DNA from: the human T2T-CHM13v2.0 reference genome, Homo sapiens
Assembly (NCBI RefSeq): GCF_009914755.1
Contig: NC_060933.1
Direction: 5' to 3' (one strand)
DNA: 64,000 bases
Position 1 is the stretch's first letter. The number at the start of each line of letters is the position of its first letter. Below the pieces are notes generated by a model. That model ran no database searches. It saw only the letters and a list, made by a program, of their open reading frames with translations, and had not been told where the DNA came from. This document shows positions 42,700 through 53,722 of this stretch, in pieces. The translations under genes and the position numbers were made by a program.

Positions 42700-44543
42700 G
42701 TGTGCTGTGTGCTGTGTGCTGTGTCAGCTATATCTTTCCTACCTTCTACCTTAAATATTTTTGCCGATCTACTACCGTTACAAGTATATTCATGTACTGT
42801 TACATGCATATGCATTTTACATCTACCCCTATTAGATTTTTAAAAATATTTTCCCTAGAGATTCATGTTTTGGGGATCTCAGATACTAGTTCCCTTATCA
42901 TCATATTGGGTAGCATTGTGGAATTTCCACATATAATATGGCTCAATGAGTCTTCTTCTAATACAAAATATGAAACTGGGAACTACCAAGAAGACTATCA
43001 TATAGAAAGAATGCTTGGTTTCCATCCATCCATTAATCGGTTGTTAATGAGGTGGTCATTCATTAGTTATTATCTATCTAATTGTAGCACCAGTTGCCAT
43101 CATATTCATAAAGTCTTAAAGATCTGGAATAAAATTTTGTCATACGTTCTTCTATTTGTAGGATTTTATAATCTTTAGTCAAGTACAGACACATTAGAAA
43201 CACTGAAATGTGGACATACTATGTCTTTAGCATTTCTCTTGTTGACTAGTTTTGCAACCTTACTGAAAAAGAAGTTAGTCTGGCATGACCAGTTCTCAGT
43301 GGACCCACTCTAGCCCCTAAGGTTCATAATCTATTTCTTTAATGATATTTTTGAGATTTTTGTCTAGGAACAAACTTTTAAGCCTATAATTAGTAGAATT
43401 TGCCCTCTTTCCTATAAATATCTATGTAATGCCTAATCAAGTCATAAGTGGATTAATTCATCATTTGTCTTCCCAAAGTTAAATCATACAGTTTATTAAA
43501 GCTTCATTATTGATCAAAGAATATTACTTCTTCATATCTTTGGGTGAATTAATTTATCTGCCCATGATTTTAGACTTGAGATTTCTTGGATATTAACTCA
43601 ACCATGTAATATGTTTGTTATCACTACCAGATCGGAAAAAAAAATGGGGAGGGAAAATTAAAATGCCTCTTTTACCTAAAGGCAAAGGACCGAAGGAAAT
43701 AATCTTGATTTTCTTTTTGTACAAGGTCTGTATAGCTCAGGAGCCTTCATTAAAACACTTGTCGGAGACCATTTTAAGTCTTCCCTACTCTGTAATCCCA
43801 CCATGATAGGCTTAAACCTCACCAATATTCACATGTGTAAATCTGATTTTTCAGGATAGTAAGATTTGAAAGATATGCTGCATCAACAAATTAGAAAACT
43901 GGATTTCACAAACACACAAAATTGCTTTCATCAGGAGGTTTCTAAAACTGTTAGAAACCAAAAATACAGAACAAGAAGGAGCTTCAAAATATGACTGTAA
44001 CCACAAGTTTATGTGCAGAAACAACGTGCCCTTTGGGACCCTTTGGCCATGTCTCTTGACTACAATTCTCTTCCTGTTTTGGGATTGATTTCAAGACTCC
44101 CTATTCTTCCTGTTCTTGCTTGGTTAAACGTTCTCATCACCCTGGTCTATTTCCTTGATTTCCTAGTTGATTATTTTCTGGCTCATGATGCAGACTTCCC
44201 TAAATTGGATTCTGGTCAAATTAACTTTTCTCCTCCAAACTTTGGTAGTGATCTTCCACCAGGAAGAAAAACATTTCCTTTCCTGGCTCAGAACAATCAA
44301 TAATGCTCCTCCCAGAAAATGAATGTCAATGGCTGTCCTACTCTCCCTGCTGATGGCTCTCATACTTATTAGTCCATCTCACATTTTAAGCCTTTATTCT
44401 ACAAATGAATTGGCAAAAACCAAGTCACTTTACATAAAAATGAGAATTACAGTAAAATTCAGCTTGTCTAATCTCAGCCCATTCAATCCATCTAGATGCA
44501 CTACAATAGGACTAACTGTGTGATGATTTGGAAGAGCCAAGTT

Positions 44544-45493
44544 TTGTTTCTCTTTTTGTTTCTATTGTCCTTTGCCCTTAGTGAAGCTGTGGTATACCAA
44601 TCTAGACAGCTTAGTGGCAAGCACTGAGGCAAAGGCTAATGTGTGCTGTGTTAAATTCAGCCCCTCTTCCACATACTATTTGGCTTTCGACTATGCAGAT
44701 CACTGTGTCCACTACTATGATCTTCATAACACTAAACAGCCAATCACGGTATTCAAAAGACACCAAACAGCAGTCTCTTACGCAACGTTTGTGAGTGGTG
44801 AGGAGATAGTCTCTGCCTCAACAGACAGTCAGCTAAAACTGTGGAATGTAGGGAAATCATACTCCCTATGTTCCTTCAAGGGTCATATCAATGAAAAAAA
44901 CTTTGTAGATCTGGCTTCCAATGGAGATTATATAGCTTGTGGAAGTGAGAATAACTCTCTCTACCTGTGCTATAAAGGACTTTCTAAGACCTTGCTAACT
45001 TTTAAGTTTGATACAGTCAAAAGTGTTCTGGACAAAGACCAAAAAGGAGATGATACAAATGAATACGTTAGTGCTGTGTGCTGGAGGGCACTATCAGATG
45101 GAGATTCCAATGTGCTGATTGCTGCTAACAGGGTACAATTAAGGTGCTAGAATTGGTATGAAGGGTTAACTCAAGTCAAATTGTACTTGATCCTGCTGAA
45201 ATACATCTGCAGCTGACAATGAGAGAAGAAACAGAAAATGTCATGTAATGTCTCTCCCTAAAGTCATCAGGGTTTTGGGTTTGTTTTGAATATTTTTTCT
45301 TTTTCTCTTTTCCCTCCTTTATGACCTTTGGGACCTTGGGAATACCCAGCCAATTCTCCATCATCAATGTAACTCCATGGACATTGCTGCTCTGGGTGGT
45401 GTGGTTATCTAATTTTTGTGGTAGAGAAACAAATTCTTTTGAATAAAAATAACAACAAAAAATAAAAGTTTATTGAGGAAAAAGAAAAAAAAA
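44544..45493 (+). pseudogene. COP1: 5'-truncated retrocopy of COP1/RFWD2 E3 ligase: C-terminal WD40 repeats, 3' UTR and poly(A)
   Basis: Translation [26 protein letters not shown]...[16 protein letters not shown]...[15 protein letters not shown]...[11 protein letters not shown]...VLIAAN matches COP1; intronless; no in-frame Met; 4-nt deletion frameshift near 45130; ancestral stop at 45159-45161; AATAAA at about 45442 and 45462; A-tail; imperfect 13-bp TSD gaagagccaagtt (44531-44543) / gaaaagccatgtt (45494-45506). Confidence 0.95.
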
Positions 45494-46729
45494 GAAAAGC
45501 CATGTTAACTAAAGATCAGATCTCTGGAATTAATCTTAGTTGTACTCTCTGAGTCCATGGCAAACCATGTCTTCTCTTCAAGCCTCAGTTTTTCAATCTG
45601 TCTAAAAATATGGTTTGACCAGAAGGTTCTCAAGGTCCCCATTAACTTTCAAGTTCTTTGGATCTATGGATCTATTTTAAAGTTATTATTGATTAATAAC
45701 ATTCATGTGATAGCCTGATCCAAATATTAGCAGTATAGAGATGTAATCGCAACTTTGGAGGCAATGAAAGAATAGCAGTTCTTAAAGTAATCAAACCAAT
45801 TTTTTTCTCTCTGTTTTTCCTGTTTGTTTTTCCAGTTCCCCAAATCTTAATGTATTCTGGTGAAGGAGGCACTCTTTCCTAGTGTTAATGGCAGTAAAGA
45901 CTACTGCAAAATGTTATAACATTGCCTGTCCTCAACTGATCCAGTCCACATTTGCAGATGCAGGAGCTTGAGATAGTCACCCTAAATTCTGGATGCCTGT
46001 CCAAACCAAACCTCTAAGTTCTTGGACTTGGGCCCTTCTTTTAAGCTGAAATAAAGACTTGCACTTTCTTCCTGTCTCCAAAGATCTTCAAACTTTTGGG
46101 TAAAACCAACCCATAAACGCAAATAGACATCCTTTCACACAGAATGTACACCTGTACATAGGCTTATACATGTGCCAGTAACTAGAAACTTCATCATAGG
46201 TTCATCCACCCTTCCAAAACATCAATGGAAGGCCAATTTTCTAGAATGTGAGGATGTCAATTTAAAATGAGCTACATTAATGAGGTTTCCAGGAGGCTTC
46301 TAAGCTGTTCCAGTGATGGCTTTGGCTAGAGTGACCCACTGCATAGTTTTGCCCATGATCTGATCACAGACAGTTGTCTTTATTTATGTGCTGTGTGTGA
46401 ATAGTGGAGACAGTTTGGCAGAGTTATGGATAAGAGATTTAACTGCCACATATCTTTAAATGCTAACAGCTTTTAACATTTTTTTCTATATAACATGCTA
46501 TATTTATGAGACAATGAAGGGGTAGGGGTCTGAGGAAATAAAAATGAAGAGAGAATAAAGGAAAAGAACAGTAGGGAACTCTGGCCTTGATGGGACTGAA
46601 AATATTTTAGAACTCTCAATTCCATTCTGCTCTGAAAGCACCAGTTAGCTTTCCAAAAGTTTCCATTCATTATACTCCAGAGTTTGATGTAATCCAAAGT
46701 TTAAACAATATGTTCATTATATCTCTATT

Positions 46730-47540
46730 TACACACTCATTCAATCAGTAAACATACTTACTGAAAGTGTATTCTATCCAGGGCATTATATTAACCATTG
46801 TAGAAAGTTTAAAGGTATATAGGGCATAGCTCTATCTTTTGACATCTAACTGTCTAATGAGGAGATATAATAGATATGCATATGACTACAATACATCAGT
46901 CTGCATTGGCAATTAATTATAGAAGAGGCATTTTTAAATACACATTAGGATGTAAGAGAATGGAATCCCAGGAAGAGAGAAAAGCATGAGCAAAAATGTG
47001 GAGGCAAAAAGTACCAGGCTATTTTAAGGAATGACTGAATCACTGTGTTTGGGTGTTAGAGGAATGGAGGGGGAAAGTCTTGAAAAAGTATAAGCAGGCT
47101 GGGACGAGATATGAATGACTTTAAATCTTACACTGACGAGTCTGGCCTTTTTTACTAGAAATGAGAAATTAGTGATATTTAGAGCAGGGAAGAGCATGAG
47201 CAGAGTGTTGCTTTCAGAAGGAAGACTGATCTCAAGGCGAGGTGAAGGACTGATTGGAGTAAGAAAGCATAGCACCATAGTGACCAGTGAAGAGGCCCTT
47301 TCGGTTGACTCAGTGCAGGTAATAATGGCATCATCTAGGTGGATAAATATTGGAAGGCAAAAAATAATAATAACTACAAGAACAGACATAGGCCAATCAA
47401 ACACCATATATGTAGAATGAGAGAGGAGTTATAGAAGACTCTGGAATTTTAAATGGGATGACAGGAACAATGTAGATCCATTGAGGGACAACTAGTAAGT
47501 GAGGGATGTTAATAGTCTTAATTTTAAACACGTAGGGAAT
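46730..47540 (+). mobile_element. L2 LINE fragment (antisense read on the + strand)
   Basis: tcattcaatcagtaaacatacttactga...gatttagagcagggaag...tgcaggtaataatggc L2-type pattern; explains ORFs at 47024-47420. Confidence 0.6.
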
Positions 47541-49208
47541 TAGACAATATTTCTATATGTGCCTATGAGACATCTCCATTTTCAAACTTAGACTTGAAGT
47601 GGGAAATAAGAAAGTCTGGGGATAACTTCTATAAGAAAGTTTGTTTATAAACCCATTCTGAATTCCAAACAAGAAGGAAAATAGACGCACTTCGTGTTTT
47701 CTTTTTCTAGTCACCAATTAAACTGATGATCCAACACCATTTATTTCCATTGCCTTATCCACATTGCTGACAATCATAAAAACAGAGCCCAAAATGAGTC
47801 CATGAAGCATATCCCACCTCTGCTTGTACAAGACTGAAAGTGATAGCTTGAGAACAACCGGCAATGGAAGAAAACACACCCAGTATGGATTGAGAAGGCT
47901 AGTATCAAACCCAGAAAAGGACTTTCTATTATCAGTGAGGATGAGAATAAATGGCTCCCTAAGGAAATGGTATGTTCTCTTAATAGCTCACAAATTTTCC
48001 AGGTTAGTTTGATCAAGTGAAGCAGAGCTAGCAGGGATACAAATTATTGAAATGGTGGCAAAGATAAAGCTTCTATGTAAAATAAAATTTAAGATGCAAA
48101 GGAGATTAACAACTAGCTTTTTTAAGAGAATGAAGGAGGGGGCTTACAACTTGAAATATATCTGTTTATGTTCTTACTCCATTCCAGTATCCAATTCCTG
48201 AAGATCAGAAATAGGGAGGATTTGGTAAAACCCCCAGTCTCCATTTTCTATCTAGCCTGGCCCTGTGTTAATCTTTCACCCAGACTTCTTAATCCATACA
48301 TCCACTGGGAGAAAAGCGTGTTAGAACAAATTGAGGAAGCCTGAGAGCGTCTCCTCACTTTCTGGCTGCCCTTCAGCAAATAGGGTTCTGCTAGGGACAG
48401 AAGCATGCACTCTATCTCCTATTTGGAGTTGGCTGTAGGAAAGAATCTGCACACATAGGCAAACTGCAACTCTAGCACACAGCTCTGGTTTGGTTCCAAC
48501 TGAAGTCAGTTGTCCCATATCCTCTGATTGCAACACATTGTAGGGAAACCATCAGTGCTCTTCACTCAGATGTTGTCAGCCAAGACTGATCCCAAAATAA
48601 CCATGATGGTCCCAGAGGGTGAATGGAACCCACACTTCCCTTGGTTTTCCAGTGACATTTAGGAAAGTTTTCCTCCAGCTTCAAAAGGTAACTTATCTAA
48701 GCAATGACTGGAGCGACTTCAAATTAATTAATGTTCATAGTTATTAACACCATAATTAAAAAGTTGGTCATTTGTTCCATTAATATGATATTAATGACAC
48801 TGGTGATTCATAACATGAATCCCAATCTATATTTGCATCCCAGTTTATGATGGACAGCTCACTTCCACAGACATTGTCAACCCCATTTGCCGACTCAATT
48901 CTCTGTTTATGTTATCTCCATCTTCAGAGGAGAAGACCCAGTCTCAGAGAGGTTAAATGATTGTCCCAAAGTTTCACGGTTGCTAAGAGGCAGAACTGGG
49001 GCTTCAACCCAACTCTTCTAACTCTGAATCCCTTGCATTTTTTTCTCACTGCACCACAGAGTAATCATAGGGCATGTATATCAATTGGTGTGTGCACCAA
49101 GTCGAAAATCTCATTTAATTTCTAATTGTTCCAAACACACACTCACCACTGGGCTAGTTCTATTGGGGGGAAAAAAATCAGTGAGTCTGGTGGATTTTTT
49201 GTGGTTGT

Positions 49209-49268
49209 TGTATTAGTCAGGGTTCTCTCGAGGGACAGAACTAATGGAACATATATATATATATTCCA

Positions 49269-49308
<40 letters not shown>

Positions 49309-49735
49309 GATGTATATATCTATACACAGAGCGAGAGAGAGAGAGACAGAGGAGTTTGTTAAGTATTAACTCACAAAATCACAGGGTCCCACAATAGGCC
49401 AGCTGCAGGCTGAGGAGCAAGGAGAGCTAGCACGAATTCCAAAACTGAAGAACTTAGAGTCCGATGTTCGAGGGCAGGAAGCATCCAGCATGGGAGAAAG
49501 ATGTAGGCTGGGAAGCTATGCTAGTCTCTCATTTCACATTTTTCTGCCTGCTTATATTCTAGCTGTGCTGGCAGCTGATTAGATGGTGCCCACCCAGATT
49601 AAGGATGGGTCTGCCTTACCCAGCCCACTAATTCAAATGTTAACCTCCCTTGGTAAAACCCTCACAGACACACCCAGGGTCAATACTTTGTATCCTTCAA
49701 TCTGATCAAGCTGACACCCAGTATTAACCATCATA
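49209..49735 (-). mobile_element. MLT2A (MLT2A1-like) HERV-L solo LTR with internal (TA)/(TC)/(GA) microsatellite
   Basis: tgtattagtcagggttctct...gagggacagaactaatggaa...gtccgatgttcgagggcaggaagcatccagcatgggagaaagatgtaggctggg...cagtattaaccatcata; imperfect TSD gttgt/gtagt. Confidence 0.9.
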
Positions 49736-52289
49736 GTAGTTGTTTTTCTCATAATATAGTCAAAATGCCCAGTTGAGCCAGTAAAGTTTTTCCACCTTGA
49801 GTGGATTACTTGGCCATGTGTTCATTCACTATAAAACAAATATTTACTGAATGCCTACTATGTTTTACACATAATGCTAAAATTTTCACGCAGTTTTCTC
49901 CCTGTGACTTAGGTTAAGTAGTTCATGCAAATTGAAAATGTTAATGTTATACACTTCTTTTTGTACTTATTTTCTAGTGTGATAGTCATTTTTAGGCTAG
50001 TAAACCTTCCTCATTTCTCCTCAGGAGAAAAAAAAACAATGTATTTGCATTAAGGAGGTTCCCCCTCATTTTTCAGTTATGTTCATCTCTATGACCCACT
50101 TATTTAGGTTCTTTGGAAAAGGAGAATTCACCCTGTGTGGGTCACCATATTAATTACTATTACAAGGAGCTGATTTATGGCCACAGAGCCCTTGCAGGTG
50201 TTTGAGAATGGTGCTCCACAATGGGAAATGGAAACAGGGTAATCAATAACCACCCTGAGACTCCTGCTTTAAGGCTGTCCTTGAAGGTGTGCTGTGGATC
50301 TTTTTCCAGCACGTCTGAAGAGCAATCCTTTTGCCAGCAAGGAGCCCTACGGGAGGAGAAGTAAATATTGTCTTTAGACATGGCACAAGGACCAAAGACA
50401 CTGCCAAGACATCAATACTGAGATATCACAGAGGGCTTGTTGGTGGAGGAGGGAGGCTGGTCACAGGCGGGAAGGTGAGATTTCTTCTTTTGACTGCTGA
50501 GATCACTGGACTTGCAGTCAGAAGATCTGGGCTCCAGAGCTGGCTCTATCCTTTATCAGAAAAGTAACCTTGGACACATTACTTAATCTGTCCAAGCAAC
50601 AGTTTTCGCCTCTGTAAAATAAGCATACTGATAGTACCTATACAATGTAGAGATTAGTTGAGATAGTCAAAGTTCTTTCTGTTCCAGGAAGTGCTTTCAT
50701 ATAGTCTTAATGATGCTTTTGCTCTCATTCTGTCCTTTTCATGTGAACTATGACTTTGGTGAGGGCAGGGCCATGCCATATATAATACTGTCTTTAGGCC
50801 TTAGCACAGGGACTGGCACACTGCAGGTGATGAAAGGTCTTTGTGAAGGATTGCATGCATCTTCCCTTCCCTTGTCTTCCTTCTACTTGCTTTCCACTTT
50901 GCCCCCTCTTAATTATCCCCAAATACATGTTGAATTTATGAGGGAGCAGCAGGGAGGGCCACTTTGGAGAGAATCATTACTCCACTCCCTTTCACTGCAT
51001 GGCCTTTTCCCTAGGCTAGTCAGAGAGCTATTTGAGCTAGTTAAGTATAAGACCACTGAGTAAGAATGTTGACTTCCAACCAGGCTGCTATATCCCAGTT
51101 TTTTAGCTTAAAAGTGGCTATTGCGGTGCCTTAAATAAGTATAAATCCTGACCAAAAGAGAGCAAAAAGTTTAGCCTGGCTGAATTTTGAATCCAACCAT
51201 AAACTAGAAAAAGAAGGAGCGGGAAGACTCACCACGAGGCTGTATCAATAGCCCCAGTGTGAGAAGGCTCAAAGAGTCTGGCCTGAAGCTTGAGCTACCA
51301 CAGCAGTGAGATGATTTCTAATTTTAGAAATATTAAATAACTGATAATGATACGACCTTGTTAAAGAACCATGTTAGGAAAAAAAGGGACACTGTTAAAA
51401 ATAGCGTACACTTTCCCTGCTGAAGGTTCCAGGTAAAACGTGGGTTCACAACCATAATGTAGGTTCCAGATGACGAGACAACCCACATTGCTGACAAATG
51501 TGGCAAGGCCAAGACTCCTGTGTGTCCTGGAAGATACGCATTTTCAGCAACCAGCAGGGCGGCTAAGTATAAGCACTGGGAAATCAAAGAAATAGGACTG
51601 AGTCCTTGTTCTCAAGGGGTGTGAAGTCTAGTCACCAGCCTAATGGTGACTCCAAGATATCCTAATTTTAATATGTGAAGCTGTGCTACAGTGCCCAAGA
51701 CCTAACTGGGGAAAAGCAGCCTCATGCAATGCCTAGAAATGTCTGAAACATTGCTGCTGGCATCCTATAAAACAGGAATCTGAAATGCAAAACCGAAATA
51801 AAACCAGCAGGCCTCACTCTGGGAGGACAGAGAAATGGAAGATGCAGTAACCCTGGAAGGTTAACAGAACCCCGGATAGCTTCCCCATCCTGCCCAGTGC
51901 CACAGATAGGCACCTCTAAAGCTTGGCTACCTCAAGGATCATTAAATGCTTTTAGCAAAGCTGTCTCTGAGGAGCAACCAGCTTTGAAAGCCAAACTGAA
52001 AAATGTCCATCTGATCTTGTAATTGGAGAGAAAGTAGGATCTGTGCCATGATAACACATTAGAGTCATTTGGAGATGAGGGAAAGGAAGGGGTGGTCTCA
52101 TAATTAGCAGGAGCCTGAGAGTGCAGAGAGGGGATGTTTCTGGAGTCAACACTGGAATTTACTTGGCATCAGATGCCATCAGTCCCTCCCTATGTGACTC
52201 TAAACACATGAAGAATTTGCTGAGTACACCTTGGCTAAATCTTCTCTGAGTTTCTTCATGTCAACAATACTTCCAATCATACGGTTTAA

Positions 52290-52500
52290 AACTGGTTCTC
52301 CACAGGGGGCAGTTTTGTCCCCCAGGGGACATTTGACAATGTCTGGGGACATTTTTGATAGTCCTCAGTTGGAAGAGATTTTCTACTGGCATCCAGTGAG
52401 TAGAGGCCAGGGAAGCTATTAAACTATTTATTGTAAGACAGCCCTTCACAAAAAAGAATTATTCAGCCAAAATGCCAACAGTGCCGAGGTTGAGAAGTCA
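52290..52500. mobile_element. MER20 hAT-Charlie element
   Basis: gggggcagttttgtcccccaggggacatttgacaatgtctggggacattttt...ctactggcatccagtgagtagaggccaggga...aagaattattcagcc. Confidence 0.88.
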
Positions 52501-53474
52501 TAGTTAAGAATAATGAATATTTTCTGAACTGCCATCATTTTCAGGATTCTTTTACTTTTATACCTTGAAAACAAAGGAATTGGCTTACCTATCATCACTA
52601 CAGTAATAGAAAATTCCCAACAATTAAGATGCTCCAATGGTGTTTACTCATTCTTTTTTTTTTTTTTTTTTTTTTTTTTTTGCGGGGCAGCGGGGGGAGT
52701 CTTATAAACAGAGACCTTAGACAAGAGGTGAAGGGACTTCTGCAATACTGTCAGAGTCAAATACCTTGAGATTTCACTTTGTTCCCACATCTGAGGCCAT
52801 CAGCCCTCGCCAGACCTCACAGCCTGAAATAATGTTTTGGAAAAGCCAAATATAAAGATACATGATTTTTTAATCTGCTGGGAGTGGGTGGGACCACACT
52901 ACTGTTGAGAAAGATCTTTCTAAATAGTAGATTGGATTATGTGGCTCTCTTCTTGAAGCTTTCAATGACTGCCCACAGGACAATATATTGCACTGTTCTT
53001 CTCCATCTGGCTCCTACCATATCTCCAACCATCTCATCTTCTGGATCTTCCCAGCTCACATCATTTACCCCAGTTATACTGGATATCTTGTCTTCCCCAA
53101 GATGCAACTGTCCCATCACACTTTTCTTGTTTTTAAACATGGGAGTGTTCCCCTGCCCACAAGGTCCTCCACCCTATTTTCCAACTAACTCCTAGCTGTC
53201 TGCTAAGAATGATCTCAAATGTCCACCACTTCTAAAACTATTTTCTCACCTGGCCCCTGCTCCTTCCCAATACCCTGGCCTAAGTCTGGTGCCCTTCCCA
53301 GAAAAACCTGTATCTGCTTCCAGTATAATACCTACTGTCCTGAATTTCAACTAATTATGCATCATCTCTAGGCACTTTGAAGAGAAATGGTTTCCTGTTC
53401 ATCTCTGTATGTACATCAACCCTCCGGGTATGGTGCAGGGCTTGAGTCCCTAACAAGCTTTCAACTACTATTTG

Positions 53475-53722
53475 GGAAAGAATAGAAGAAAAGTACAGGG
53501 TAGGGAGGAGGACAGGGTGAGGAGGGAAACAGAAGACAAGAAAGGAATGATGATGGAAGGAAGAAAGTGGGAAGTGAGAAAAGGAAAGAAAAGGCAGGAG
53601 GGAAGCAAGTAGACTGGGAAGGAGGAAAGAGAAAGGAGGAAAGGTGAGATGGGAAGAGAGGGAAAGACAAAGAAGGAAGAAGGAAGGGAGAAGGAAAGAG
53701 ATCAAAAAGAGAGAAGGAAGAA
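53475..53722. repeat. GA-rich low-complexity purine tract
   Basis: About 250 bp almost entirely purine on the + strand. Confidence 0.85.

Noticed and set aside
42702-43178. 158-aa ORF, and similar ORFs at 14111-14560 and 25171-25629
   Set aside because: No recognisable domain; they overlap degraded L3, MIR or L1 sequence; some use non-ATG starts; composition is that of AT-rich non-coding DNA.
44572-45150. 192-aa WD40 ORF as a functional COP1 paralogue
   Set aside because: The listed start is TTG and there is no in-frame Met; RING, coiled-coil and the first WD repeats are missing; frameshift near the C-terminus; many radical substitutions; poly(A) and TSD mark it as a retrocopy.
45800-45870. 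Other strong-looking + strand acceptors (45836; also near 34229, 31087, 61147) as further exons
   Set aside because: No convincing paired donor identified, and such sites are common in T-rich intronic DNA; cannot be supported without transcript data.
49250-49352. (TC)n(TA)n...(GA)n quasi-palindrome as a novel hairpin or miRNA
   Set aside because: It is the simple-repeat expansion commonly found inside MLT2A LTRs.
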